From: Nemertoderma westbladi
Taxonomy: Eukaryota; Animalia; Xenacoelomorpha
Direction of reading: 5' to 3'
DNA: 64,000 nucleotides
Assembly: GCA_032718475.1 (NCBI GenBank)
Contig: JAUCBJ010001608.1
Location: 4,022 to 68,021 of the forward strand
The notes beneath the pieces were generated by a model that had not been told where the DNA came from, did no database searches, and was given only the letters and a program-made list of their open reading frames with translations. Shown one piece after another: positions 12,035 to 24,052 of this stretch. Position numbers and translations under genes: made by a program. Each line of letters begins with the position of its first letter. Position 1 is the stretch's first letter.

Positions 12035-15000
12035 GGCTCCACACCTTGCGCATGAAATACTTCAGACCTAACAGGTTGACACATTGTTACAGGGGGTGTT
12101 GGTATACCCTTTTGTAGATTTACAAACTTATCGCGTTCTAACGCGATACTCTGCTGCACTTCCTGTAATTCTAACTTACTTTCTCTTACTGTTCCCTTTA
12201 ACTGTTGAACAGTCCCCTCCAACTCTCGGACCTGTTGGGAGGAGCGAGCCTGATTCTCCTCCATCTGCCCGAGGAGAATATCCATCCCCTGCCGTCGCTC
12301 ATCCACCCACTCTACCGCCGAAGCGGGAGCAGCCAACATAGTAGTGGGTAGACGAGGGACTACGGGTGACAAATTGTTAATGTCTCGCTCGGCGTCCAGG
12401 ACCGGAGTTGACTGAGGAACTGTCCCACTGGATACAGGTAGTTTAGTACTGTGCAAAGGGAATTTAGAGTTAGGTTCTGGAAGTACAGGGGTCTCTATCA
12501 CAGAGGGAGTGGCTTCGAGAACAGGCCTAATTATTTCAGACTCATCCACTATAGTAGGGAGTCTTTCTACTCTAATACTTTGGTCAGTGGGTTCTGTACT
12601 CCCTAAGTCTGCTCTAGCTAGTTGCCTTCTCACAGCTGGGGGCAAATTATGCAATTTCTGATGGTGAGGCATTCTTCTACGTCTGTTGGAACGAGATCTA
12701 TTTCCTCCGCCTTCAGGATCGGTGGTATCGCCTTCATCAGATGATGTAAATGCCTGTCTCTTGGGAGTAGATCAACTTATCATCTGCATCTGACTAGCTG
12801 TTATTTGTTTATTTAGGTAATCTTGCTTCTCTTGAAGATTTTCCAACTCTAGTTGGGCTGTCTCTTCAGATGCTTTCCGTTTGGTTTCCGCCACTGCCAA
12901 TGCGGCCTTTCTTTCAACCTCCACCGCTGCCGCTGCCGCTTTCCTTTCAGCTTCTACTGCTGCTGCTGCCGCTTCCTGTCTGTCTTCTATCTGTTTCTTC
13001 TTTACTTGTTCTTCTTGGACCCTAGCGATGCGGATGCGTTCATCAAATTTAGCTTGGTTTGCAGCTATCATTTCCGCGTCTATTGCGTCCAACACAAACT
13101 TGGCTCCTTCACTATTAGGGCGAAGTCCAGCCAGCCGTCTCCTCAACTCTTCGTCACCTAAAAATCGTTGATAGTCCGACAGATAGATGTCAATAGCGTC
13201 CTTCTTCTGAGGTCTCCCTAATGTAACCTCGCTTTCCACTTGAGAAAAGGCAGCATCTGTTGATTCTCCGTGGGTCGAGCGCTCATTTAGCTGAATTTTC
13301 CATTGGGTCGTTCCTTGAACCTTGAGACTCACCTGTTGGAATCAAGTCTTGATGGCAACTTGCAACGACGTGTCTTGGGTTCTCTTCGAAGCTTCCTCAA
13401 AGGCTGATAGGAGTAGTCTGATTCTTAGGATTCTTACTCGAACTTGATAAAGCAGCTCTCCCTGCTCTTGAGGTCCTTGATGTTGTTGAAACAGTTGTTC
13501 CTCTAATCGCTCCAAAGAGCTGAAGAATCCCTGCACATATCCCGCTGCCGACCTCTTCCACACAGCTGGATCACTAGTGTCTTTTGTCACTCCCATCCTG
13601 TATAAGTCCTCCCAGGCAGCTTCCGATAAGTTAAACGGGAGTCCGGGTCCGGGGAAGTTCCATTGCGTCTCGACAATAGACTTCAGTTCCTCCCTTGTGT
13701 ATCCCGCATAACTGTCCTTGGTCGATCGCTTACTTCTCGCCCAATCGATTTGGTGTTCCTCCACTGCAATCAATACCCAAGTGAGTACGGCTGCAGGAAG
13801 AATGAGAAGGGGATCCGAATAAACCGCATCTGCCATCTTGGCTCCGCGCTCGGGTGTCAACTCTACAGTATCTGAACTTCTGGAGCTATTGGGCCGCTGA
13901 GAAATAAGTTCTCGGCTCGGGTGTTGCTGCTGTTTAACAGCTGCTTCTTGGTCCCGCTTGACTTGAGCCCGAGTGCCTATGATAGACCTACGGTGTTTGA
14001 CTAGCCTAGGGTCTGATACTACTACTGGAGGGATGATCTTTCTTACAGTAGGAGGTGAGTTGAACTTCGGTCTCAAATGTTCCGCACTCCTATCTGGGTC
14101 ACAGATGGTTGTATCTAGGAGACTGTCTGACAGGTTTTGCTTTGTGTCAGACATGTTTGTTTGTACAGTTGAATGCCTACTGCTATAATTACAGTTAAAG
14201 CAAGTCTAGTAATTCAGTATCACTGTTAGCCTAGTAATTAATTACCGATATCGTTACCCTATGTAACGTGATATATATACAATATATTAGAATACCGGTA
14301 TACACTTATAGTATATAAGTATTATTACGGTTCAAATATTAGGGTTCGTCACAGAATACCGGTATATAATTTCAGCGCAAATATATAGATATATAATAAG
14401 CCTAACGTGAATACCGGTATACAGCTTACACTTATATTATATATAAGTATAATTATAGACTAGAATTAATTACAGAATACCGGTATATATTTTCAGCCTA
14501 AATTTATAGAAATAAATATAATAAGCCTATCGTAAAAACCAGTACGTCAATTATTTTAGAATAATTGAATTTCTGAATTTTTAGAGTTACTTAGTTACTT
14601 TACTTTACTTTATTACCGTTATTTAAGCAGTAGTCCAACTGATATTAAGACCTAATTGTTGTATAACAGGCCTACTATTTTATAAATCGGTCTGAGTTGA
14701 TTTATAATATATATATACCCGCTTAATGGGTTTTGTTACAATATTTGAAATAAATGTTATTATTTCTGGGAAGGAGTCACTACACAGAAGCTGTACGCTC
14801 TCAGTGAAGTGCTACTTGTTGGACACTAAATTCTACTTGCCTAAGTTACTTATTACTACAAATTACGTACAATTACGGGGTGAGATTACAATCTCTAAAT
14901 AAACACAAAAAATTATACGTACGAATTTTTAGGGTTAATTTTACAAGAAATCTACAAACCAGCCTAACAAGGAGTTAGAATATCTGGTTATTACAACGGA

Positions 15001-15288
15001 CAGGATACTACGGTATTTGAAAATAATAAAGCAGTAGTAAATATATTGCGTTGTCTAGATAGGAAAAATACCACCGTCTGACGACTTATAGTCTCTAGCT
15101 TTACAGCTCTATAAGTACTACGTTATGTACCCGGAGTGTTCCTACCTAGAAGTTAATTACCGCAGCTTACCATAGCTAACATGCCTATTAACCACTTTAC
15201 AACACAAATATACTGCCTACACACTAATTACCTTCGGAAAGCACTGTACACTAAACCCTAAATTAGGTACAAGTACTTATACATTATT

Positions 15289-15651
15289 GATAGTAACAAT
15301 GTGTTGGCAAGCTGTATTTTTCGAGGTGTTTGTTATTATACATTTATTATAGGAAGGGATCTAGGGGTCTTAAGTAAGGTCGACCCAGTAAGGTCGAAAC
15401 GCGTACGTGGTTTGGAGAGATATGAGATATTAATTTCAAGAAAAATTACGCGATTCCTAAATTTGTACACTACCCGGTTAATAAGTACGCATGTGATGGG
15501 ATAAGTCCTACAATTGCGCCAATAAAAGATAAGTTATTTTCGGTAAAATAAACTTATCATTCGAGGTTAAGACCCCTAGATCCCTTCCTATAATAAATGT
15601 ATAATAACAAATACCTCGAAAAATACAGCTTACCAACACATTGTTACTATC
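15289..15651. repeat. 85-bp inverted repeat (15289-15373 / 15567-15651), possibly an inverted pseudo-LTR of a Penelope-like fragment
   Basis: gatagtaacaatgtgttgg...ggggtcttaa and its reverse complement, with about 2 mismatches. The spacer contains gacc-cagtaa-ggtc-gaaacgcgta. The inverted repeat is certain; the Penelope identity is inference. Confidence 0.7.
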
Positions 15652-15809
15652 TTTGGTTCCGAGTGTTAGTTACTTTTAATGGGATCTAAGTTCTGTGTGT
15701 TCTCTGTTTGTGCTGTATTTGTATGTACCGTTGCTGTTTCAGAGTTTACTGTTTATTACACTTCAGCACTTGACAGTCAGATAGTTACCGGTGTTTTCAT
15801 ACTTAACAA

Positions 15810-15821
15810 TGGTAGCAGAGC
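15810..15821 (+). promoter_or_regulatory. Primer-binding site, initiator tRNA-Met type (TGGTAGCAGAGC)
   Basis: One nt after the 5' LTR end; the PBS characteristic of GalEa Copia elements. Confidence 0.9.
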
Positions 15822-16442
15822 CTCAAAGAGTAATTCAACTGTAGGACTAATAAATTTATGTCTGGATGTTATAAACTGCTGAACTGCACTGCGTGATGGC
15901 GCACCTTCTGTCAGTCTGTTACTGGATTCAGTAGCCTATGCGTGATGGCGCGTTTATTGTAATTATTCGCGTGATGGCGCAATCTCTGATTTTATCGGAA
16001 GTCTGTATGTCGTTCCGATACCGATTTCAATTCAGCGTGATGGCGCTGGCGTATACAGCCAACAGCAGTGTATAGTGACAGTCTTGTTATTTGTTTTGGT
16101 TTGCCTTATTTTTATGTAATTATGTACACAGTAAGGGCAGTTAGCCCAGTTTGGCTGCATCGTGCAGCCTAGTTTGGCTGAAACTACCTAACTGAAGAGA
16201 GTGTGACGGTTAACTTTTCTAGCTACAACTGCAATCTGGATTGTTAATATTGGCCTACTTAAACCTTAATATTCAATAGTACCGGGTGCAGGCACCGCAC
16301 GTAGGTACGGTACCACAAGTAGCCTACCAACCTACAGGCCTGAAACACTCTGTAAACTGTAACAAGTGATAGTGTGGGTGGAGGCACATTTCTGTATTTT
16401 TATACAAAATAAATTAAATTTTAAAGGTATTAAATTTACAAA

Positions 16443-19400
16443 ATGCCTAATAACGGACAGGGTGCTGATAGCACAAGTATGAGTAGACAAGCTCAAGCTG
16501 GACTAATCAGTGTCAGAGTACCAGCTCCAATATTTGATCCCAAAATTGGAAATTATCGCAGATGGAAAAAAGAAATAGCTGTTTGGAAATCTATTACAGA
16601 AATACCTAAATCTAAGTATGCCGCAACTGTTATATTAAATTTGAAGGATGTTGCTAAGGAGAGAGCACTAGATCTTGACATAGAAAGCCTCGCTGTTGAT
16701 GATGGGCTTGATAGTTTATTACATGCTCTGGATAAAACTTTTTTGCGTGAGAAAGAAGAAGATGCCTATGATAACTTCGTTGTTTTCAGAAATTTATCCA
16801 GAAATTGTAACATTTCTATACGAGATTTTATCATTAAATTCGAAAGTCAGGTTAGCTTACTGAAGGAGTTTGATCTTGTATTTGCAGACGCAATTTTAGC
16901 TGCAGAATTAATCCATAAAGCGAATTTAGATTCGAGTGAGAGAAAAATGATTCTGGCTACCACAAAATTAGAATTTGATGATGTGAAGCGGCACCTCCTG
17001 AGAATGATGTCTGATATTGGATCAGGGAATAGCCAGGGGCAAACAGAAAATGATGATGGTATTGTTGAGGTGAAAACTGAGTCTGCTTTGTGGGGAAATA
17101 ATCAATTTCAGCGACGACAAAATCCAATTTATGGATACAATAATGCTAGAGGTCGGTCCAAGTTTCTCCCAAATCGAAATAGTAGACCTGGTGTTAATCT
17201 GGGGCAGACCACAAATCCAAATATTAAGCCAAAAAAAATAGAAAAGCTTCATAAGCAATTTGCACATCCGCACAAAGAAACACTTATAAAGATACTTGAA
17301 CAGTCTGTTGGACAAGTTGATAAACAATTAGTCACAAAAGTCTCTGAAGAATGCCCTGTTTGTAAACGAAGTGGGAGGCAACCTTGTCACCCATGTGTTT
17401 CCTTGCCATTGTCTACAGATACAAATGATGTTTTGGGATTAGACATATTTTTTTTACCTAATTCAAAGCCAGTACTTCATATCATTGATCTGTTCTCAAG
17501 ATATAGTCTCGCAGTTCTACTTCATGATAAGTTATCAACATCGGTTCAAGTTGCATTACTAGACAAATGGTGTTCGATATTTGGCCCACCGAACCAGGCT
17601 GTATTAACAGACAATGGGGGGGAATTTAGTGCAATTGCATTTACAGAATTATGTAACAAGTTAAATGCAAAACACGACGTTACTGCTCCATATGCTCCTT
17701 ATAGTAACGGAATAACTGAACGCCATAATGGGCTTGTAAAGGAAATATATTCCAAGATAAAGACAGATAATCCGAATTTCAGTGACTATAAGATTCTACA
17801 GATGACATCATTCGTAAAAAACTCTTGGCCAACATACAGCGGATTTTCTCCTCATCAAATTATGTTTGGTCATGGCCCTAACTTGGGAAGTATTTTGACA
17901 GATAACATATCGGCACTAGACAATACGAACTCACTCAGCAAAACGGTTGGAGATCATATATCTTTTCTCAACCAAATTCGCAATGAGTATGTCAAGGTTG
18001 ACACATCAGGTAGAATTCGGAAAGCTTTAGCAAGAAATGTAAAACCTTCAAATTGTCAACTTAAGATTGGTGATACAGTCAATTATTTCCATCATTCCAA
18101 TAGATGGTGTGGCCCTGCAAAAGTTGTTGGATTAAATGGTTCTGAAATACTTGTTTCTCATGGCTCCCGCTACATTAGATGCCATAGGTCTAAGCTTCGA
18201 CTAGATGATCACAAGAAACTAATAGATGAAACAATTCAGGATAGTCAGGAAATTGACAAGCTGGACTCAACAATGATTCCAGAAGGTGATGATGAATGCG
18301 AATTGCGTTTGAACAGTCATGATAATCAAATTTGTCGTAATGATGAACCGCTATGTGCTAATGAGAAGATAAAATTACCTGTTATCGACTCCTTGCGCAA
18401 TAGTGAAAATAATGATAATATTGAGGACGAAAATTTACAACGATTGGGTAGAAGATATCCAATTAGAGAGAGAAAACCTCCAGAATACTATGGATTCAAA
18501 GCTGATATATATGTATCTTCTGACAACGAAATAGAAGACGCTAAGCAAAAGGAGCTGCAGAGTTGGATTGAAAATGATGTATATGTGGAAGTTAGTTTGG
18601 ATGAATTACCTGAGGGGGCTAATATAGTCGATACACGATGGGTGATTAACTCAAAGTTAGTTGATGATATAAACGTCACAAAGGCCAGATTGGTTGCCAA
18701 GGGCTTCCAGGATTGTGATTCAACGGTATCGTTTTCTCCCACATGTGATAAGCTATCACTGCGAGTGCTAATATCTCTTTCAGCCGTGAATGACTGGGAT
18801 ATATGGGCTGTTGATATTCGTAGAGCATTCTTACAAAATGGAGATCTTACACAAGACAGAGTTGTTTATGTTATACCTCCCAAAGAAAGCATGATCAACG
18901 GGAATAGCAATATATATTGGAAACTCAATAAGTCGGTATACGGACTTCAAGATGCTTGTCGACATTGGTTTATCAGATTAAATTTAGAACTTCAGAAGCT
19001 TGGATGTAACCAAAGTCCGCTTGATCCAGCAATGTACAACTTAACTGATTTATCCGGAATGACAATGGGTGTTATTGTAACTCATGTTGACGACATTTTA
19101 GTAGCTGGAAGTAGTGAGGCTTATAAACTAATCAATAATATTCAAAAACAATTAAACGTTGGTAGAGTGATAAAGATTGGAAACGATTGGGTGAAGTTTC
19201 TAGGCGTGAATATTCGAAGGAAGGTACATGGTGGATATGAAATTGAAATGGATTCTTTTATACAATCTATTGTTTGTAATGATTTCAATTACAAAAAGAC
19301 TTCTGAGGAAGAGAAGAAACGTTACTTCAAATCTGTATTGGGTCAACTGTTATGGGTGTCAACAAATACAAGGCCTGATCTAGCATTTGATGTTGGAAGT

Positions 19401-20021
19401 CTTTCACAAATAACACATCCTGGAATTACTGAGTTTAACCAACTCTTTAAAGTGGTTCGAAGATTACAATCAGAAAATATGTCTTTGAATTTCCCAACTT
19501 CTGGAGAATCTTCTTTGTTGTACATATTCGTCGATTCGTCTTTTGGAAACCCATCACGACTTTCTCTTTTTGTGTTTTGGGGCTGTCATCTATTATATTG
19601 GTATAGTCGTCGATCCCGCCGTGTAACAAAAAGCACACTCTCTGCTGAAACATTCGCATTGGTCGAAGGGGTCGATATAGGTTGTTATCTACAGGTGTTC
19701 ATTGGGATGATTGTTGGACATAAACCTAAATGTATTTATCTATCTGATCACATTGGTCTCGTGCAAGATTTGAAAACTGGTAAAATTCCACAGGAAAAAC
19801 GTTTATCTATTGATATGGCGTATATAAGAGAGAACATTGATTTGTCTAACTTGCTATGGGTTCCGACAAAGATGCAGTTAGCCGATACGTTAACTAAACA
19901 CAAGAGTGGAGTAATGACTCTTTTAAAGCGAGTTATTTCGGACCCTCTAACTTTGTTCGAGATAATTGCATCTGTGAAAGAAACTCATGAGAACAAGAAG
20001 ATATATAACCATCTCAATTAA
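16443..20021 (+). CDS. Copia polyprotein (gag-IN-RT-RNase H), 1192 aa, lacking zinc knuckle and protease
   Basis: LHKQFAHP...CPVC integrase zinc finger, DIF...TDNGGEF...SNGITERHN core, KARLVAKGF, YGLQDACRHW, THVDDIL, TRPDLAF, QLADTLTK. No CCHC or D-S/T-G/A protease motif between gag and integrase. Confidence 0.92.
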   Translation: MPNNGQGADSTSMSRQAQAGLISVRVPAPIFDPKIGNYRRWKKEIAVWKSITEIPKSKYAATVILNLKDVAKERALDLDIESLAVDDGLDSLLHALDKTFLREKEEDAYDNFVVFRNLSRNCNISIRDFIIKFESQVSLLKEFDLVFADAILAAELIHKANLDSSERKMILATTKLEFDDVKRHLLRMMSDIGSGNSQGQTENDDGIVEVKTESALWGNNQFQRRQNPIYGYNNARGRSKFLPNRNSRPGVNLGQTTNPNIKPKKIEKLHKQFAHPHKETLIKILEQSVGQVDKQLVTKVSEECPVCKRSGRQPCHPCVSLPLSTDTNDVLGLDIFFLPNSKPVLHIIDLFSRYSLAVLLHDKLSTSVQVALLDKWCSIFGPPNQAVLTDNGGEFSAIAFTELCNKLNAKHDVTAPYAPYSNGITERHNGLVKEIYSKIKTDNPNFSDYKILQMTSFVKNSWPTYSGFSPHQIMFGHGPNLGSILTDNISALDNTNSLSKTVGDHISFLNQIRNEYVKVDTSGRIRKALARNVKPSNCQLKIGDTVNYFHHSNRWCGPAKVVGLNGSEILVSHGSRYIRCHRSKLRLDDHKKLIDETIQDSQEIDKLDSTMIPEGDDECELRLNSHDNQICRNDEPLCANEKIKLPVIDSLRNSENNDNIEDENLQRLGRRYPIRERKPPEYYGFKADIYVSSDNEIEDAKQKELQSWIENDVYVEVSLDELPEGANIVDTRWVINSKLVDDINVTKARLVAKGFQDCDSTVSFSPTCDKLSLRVLISLSAVNDWDIWAVDIRRAFLQNGDLTQDRVVYVIPPKESMINGNSNIYWKLNKSVYGLQDACRHWFIRLNLELQKLGCNQSPLDPAMYNLTDLSGMTMGVIVTHVDDILVAGSSEAYKLINNIQKQLNVGRVIKIGNDWVKFLGVNIRRKVHGGYEIEMDSFIQSIVCNDFNYKKTSEEEKKRYFKSVLGQLLWVSTNTRPDLAFDVGSLSQITHPGITEFNQLFKVVRRLQSENMSLNFPTSGESSLLYIFVDSSFGNPSRLSLFVFWGCHLLYWYSRRSRRVTKSTLSAETFALVEGVDIGCYLQVFIGMIVGHKPKCIYLSDHIGLVQDLKTGKIPQEKRLSIDMAYIRENIDLSNLLWVPTKMQLADTLTKHKSGVMTLLKRVISDPLTLFEIIASVKETHENKKIYNHLN

Positions 20022-20476
20022 ACTGAGCAGATAATGAATTGTCATATAATACTAGCTAGTGTATTGGTGTATTGTTTTTACATATCTACTAGGTATGGTA
20101 TATATATATATATACATTTTAAAGGAAAAAAGGGGAAGATTGTTAGTTACTTTTAATGGGATCTAAGTTCTGTGTGTTCTCTGTTTGTGCTGTATTTGTA
20201 TGTACCGTTGCTGTTTCAGAGTTTACTGTTTATTACACTTCAGCACTTGACAGTCAGATAGTTACCGGTGTTTTCATACTTAACACCGAGTACCTTACAT
20301 TGCAAATGTATTACCTAATCGAATCAATTTCACAAACCATGTAGGGCTTAAATCTCGTCTGATCGATTTATTTTGGAGGTACTTCATTAAACACTACTCA
20401 ATTGATATTCCCTGTAGCTGGTCGGTGTGTTGCAGCTGCGTCTTGATGAACTGTAGAAATAATAACTCTCGTCTCA

Positions 20477-22024
20477 ATGATTTATTTGAGCCTATCAGCC
20501 TCAAAAAGTACCGGTCTAGATCTAATACCTGCCCGTTTTCTTAAGGATGGTGCTGAAGTACTTAAAGTGCCTATTACTTTTATTATTAATTACTCTATCG
20601 TAGATAATGTAGTACCAGACGAACTGAAATTAGCTAAGGTTGTTCCTCTGTATAAAAAGAATAGTAAAGTAGAACCATGTAATTACAGACCTGTTAGTAT
20701 CTTAAGTATTGTATCTAAAATTCTAGAACGTTCTGTTTTTCTACAGCTGGAGGCACATCTTAGTAGGCTAAATCTGATCTATGAACTTCAGTCCGGTTTT
20801 CGTAAATCATATTCTACAGACACCTGCCTTATTAACTTAACTGATACAATTAGATGTAATAACGCAAAGGGTTTATATACTGGTATGGTAATGTTGGACC
20901 TACAAAAGGCTTTCGATACTGTAGATCACGAAATTCTGCTTGGTAAGTTAGGCCTGATGGGTGTAGGTTCTATAGACTGGTTCAAGTCCTACCTGTCAGA
21001 CAGAGGTCAAACTGTAGTCATTAGCAAATCGCTGTCTACTGTACAAGAGATTACCTGTGGTGTACCGCAAGGTAGTATATTAGGTCCTCTGCTTTTTGTA
21101 TGCTATGTAAATGATATGATAAGTAGTATAGATCCCGATTTTAAACTCATTTTATATGCCGACAACAGTGCTCTTATTTTCTCTCATAAAGATCCTATCC
21201 ATATTTCCCAAAAGTTAAGTGCAGTTCTAGAATCCTGTAATGAGTGGTTGGTTGATAATAAGCTATCCATTCACTACGGTAAAACTGAAAGTATTTTGTT
21301 TGGTTCCAAAAGAAAGTTAAAGAAGGTAACTAAGTTTGAAGTCACTAGTAATGGACATAAGATTGAAAATAAAAAGGAAATTAAATATTTAGGCGCCACA
21401 TTGGATAACTGCTTATCAGGAGAAAGTACAGTGAAAAATATTTTCTCGAAAGTTAACAGTAGGCTTAGGTTTCTATACAGAAATAAAAATAGTTTGAACA
21501 CCGACTCCCGCAAGTTACTTTGCTCTTCTTTAATACAGTGTCACATGGACTATGCGTGCTCTTCTTGGTATGAAGGCTTAACCAAACAGCTTAAATGTAA
21601 ATTACAAGTAGCTCAGAATAAAGTAGTACGATTTATTAAAGACTACAAACCTAGGCACCACCTAACTCCAGATGACTTTTCTGAATCTGGACTACTTAAC
21701 TTAGATAGTAGAGTTAAGCAGCTACGCCTTAACCATGTGCATAAAGTGTATAATGGTAAATGTCCAAATTACCTAAAACAAAAATTCAACAGAGTACGCG
21801 ATACACACTCTTACAGTACCAGAGCTAGTGCTTCAAACTTCTACCTCCCGAATTGTAAATCCTTTGAATCTGATACTTTCTTTTTTAACGGCATAAAAAA
21901 TTGGAACGCTCTGCCTAATGAAATTAAAAACCTAAATAATCAACATTCTTTTAAATCTGCAGTTAAATCTCATCTCCGTGTGCAATGTAAAAATAGGTAC
22001 AATAGTCCTACAGTAAGTTATTAG
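20477..22024 (+). CDS. LINE ORF2 reverse transcriptase, partial
   Basis: [56 protein letters not shown] (YADD mutated), KYLG, HSYSTR. The start Met probably comes from flanking sequence. Confidence 0.9.
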   Translation: MIYLSLSASKSTGLDLIPARFLKDGAEVLKVPITFIINYSIVDNVVPDELKLAKVVPLYKKNSKVEPCNYRPVSILSIVSKILERSVFLQLEAHLSRLNLIYELQSGFRKSYSTDTCLINLTDTIRCNNAKGLYTGMVMLDLQKAFDTVDHEILLGKLGLMGVGSIDWFKSYLSDRGQTVVISKSLSTVQEITCGVPQGSILGPLLFVCYVNDMISSIDPDFKLILYADNSALIFSHKDPIHISQKLSAVLESCNEWLVDNKLSIHYGKTESILFGSKRKLKKVTKFEVTSNGHKIENKKEIKYLGATLDNCLSGESTVKNIFSKVNSRLRFLYRNKNSLNTDSRKLLCSSLIQCHMDYACSSWYEGLTKQLKCKLQVAQNKVVRFIKDYKPRHHLTPDDFSESGLLNLDSRVKQLRLNHVHKVYNGKCPNYLKQKFNRVRDTHSYSTRASASNFYLPNCKSFESDTFFFNGIKNWNALPNEIKNLNNQHSFKSAVKSHLRVQCKNRYNSPTVSY

Positions 22025-22348
22025 TTTATTAATTATTTACTATTTATACTGTAATTACGTTTTATAATAAATTGTTCTGTACATTACATCTTTATCGTTG
22101 AGTCGGGCATTGTCACGCTCTCGGTAAAGTTGTACATGTACATAGTGTAATTACGTTTTATATTGGTTTTAGGTTAGCGTAGTGTAATATTGTATTTGTA
22201 ACCAAGTAACATAAAGGACCCCCTTGGAAATAAGCTGCAAAGCTTTAGGGGTAATCCTATATGTTATGTTGGACAATACCTTTATACCGGTACATTGTTT
22301 GGTGTATTTGTTATTGTTTTTACATAATGTATAAATAAATCTATCTAT
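20488..22348 (+). mobile_element. 5'-truncated non-LTR retrotransposon, L2/CR1 group
   Basis: RT ORF followed by a 3' UTR with hairpin ggacccccttggaaataagctgcaaagctttaggggtaatcc and tail ataaataaatctatctat. No endonuclease domain is present. 5' boundary approximate. Confidence 0.85.
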
Positions 22349-22428
22349 TATACCCATAGATAACGACTTATAATTCTATAATGCTTTATTTAATTAATAC
22401 AAATTTTATTACACTTCACATCCACTCT

Positions 22429-22604
22429 GACCCTTTTAACACGTATTTACTGCATCTCATTTTAAATTTAATACGAATATATTTTATCTCATTTTTACGA
22501 CATCAGAGACCGACCCTTTTATTACGTATTTACTGCATCTCATTTTAAATTTAATACGCATATATTTTATCTCATTTTTACGACATCAGAGACCGACCCT
22601 TTTA
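22429..22604. repeat. 83-bp tandem repeat (2 copies plus a partial)
   Basis: gaccctttta at 22429, 22512 and 22595 with matching intervening sequence. Confidence 0.85.
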
Positions 22605-24052
22605 TTAATACGTATATATATATATTTCATCTTATTTTAATACAAATATTTCTGTCTAATTTCATATAACATCCAGTCTTCTGACCCTTTTAACTTCTTC
22701 GTTTAATCTCATAATTAGCACGGCCTTTTTAAGACCAATTACATACAGTAATAATTTTAACTCGATGTATTTTAATGTACCTTAAATAATTATTCACTCA
22801 TATTTTAAACTAAGTAATGTATGAAATGTATGTAATGTATCTTTTATGGGGGAAACCCCATCACCATATAATACTATAGTTAAATTGTCAATGCAGTCTT
22901 TGTTCAGTCTAAGTTATGGTGTAAATTTATATTAATAATAAAATAATAATATCAATAAATTACAGTATGTTATAAATAAGTTAGCTTATATTTATGGTGG
23001 CGTTTGGAGCCATGTTATAATAATATAGCTAGGCCCTACTGGTTATTAATAGCTATACCCGGCCTACCGGTAGGTAATGCAGTAGGCCTATCTGGCTGTC
23101 AGAGAAGTTTCTCTATTGTTTACGTGGTATCCAATGATGGCGTTAAGTACTGTCCCCTTAGCGGACATTACTTAACGCCACCATGGGTTACCACGTAAAC
23201 AATAACACCAAATACAATACTAAATGTACAGGCCAATACAATGCTGTAATGTCCTCTAAAGTTGTAAAGTGCTAAATAATAACTAAGACTAACGGCGTTG
23301 AGTATGCCTAATATTACAATTTTGGAATAAAACTACATACATACTTGTTGCAAAGCACTTTACAGTATTCTGATCGTCGTAGCTTTATTTCCACTCACTC
23401 ACTACGTTCGTTCGTGTAACAAAGCACTCAGATCATCACACTATAAAGTGCTAATTTACACAGAAGCATGAAAATAGTTAATAGTAATCAAAAATCAGAG
23501 TAGCGTGTTAAACAGCAGTACTTGTGGTACTGCAGAATATCAGGCAGTAACAGACAAAAACTCGTACCGATACAGTGGTACGGTAGGACAGTACAGACAA
23601 ATTAATTTAGTATATTGGACAAATATAATGAAGTTATTATTATGGGTATTTAGTTTTAATCTAATTATATATAAAATAAATAAGGATGTAGTAGTACGTA
23701 TGAGTTATTGGTAGATAGGTAGTGGTATTTTACAGTGCATATTACAGTCAATCATTTATATTTTGGTGTCTTCATCTATAATGGTGTATTCTTGTGTACT
23801 TATTGGTGTATTATTCTTGTCAGTATTATTGTGAGTTTGTTGTCAGTATTGTTGTTATTTTTATTGAGTATTGACGTCTAATATGTCGCTTGGAGCTGGG
23901 GGCAGTCAGCCCTAGACGTAATAAAGATTAACTTAACTTATATTTATTGAGTACAGTATATATATATACTGTAATTTCACGGCGGTAAATTAAGTCTATT
24001 TCATCTACTGTTGCGCTGTTATGACTAATTATAATATTACAGAAATACATAC

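Larger units (their letters stand above)
3023..14154 (-). pseudogene. Disrupted gag-pol polyprotein of copy A
   Basis: Fragments 13342..14154, 12772..13332, 11998..12672, 3893..4936, 3632..3841 and 3023..3577 match the copy B polyprotein. Premature stops, frameshifts, nested element C, and a ~3.87-kb deletion at 3451 (GQPKF|EYCRQTW) removing RT, RNase H and most of integrase. Confidence 0.92.
1..15283 (-). mobile_element. BEL/Pao LTR retrotransposon, copy A of the large family (5'-truncated, internally deleted, runs off the left edge)
   Basis: Reverse complement aligns collinearly with copy B from about 30640 to 43947 (leader, gag-pol, 3' intergenic region, accessory ORF). Homology stops near 15283 (aagtactt.taca). 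No LTR in the window. Interrupted by element C. Confidence 0.92.
15664..20285 (+). mobile_element. Ty1/Copia LTR retrotransposon, GalEa-type (element D)
   Basis: 145-bp LTRs (15664-15808, 20141-20285) that look identical, TSD CCGAG (15659-15663 / 20286-20290), PBS TGGTAGCAGAGC, PPT aaaggaaaaaaggggaaga, IN-RT-RH order, HVDD RT motif. Confidence 0.95.
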
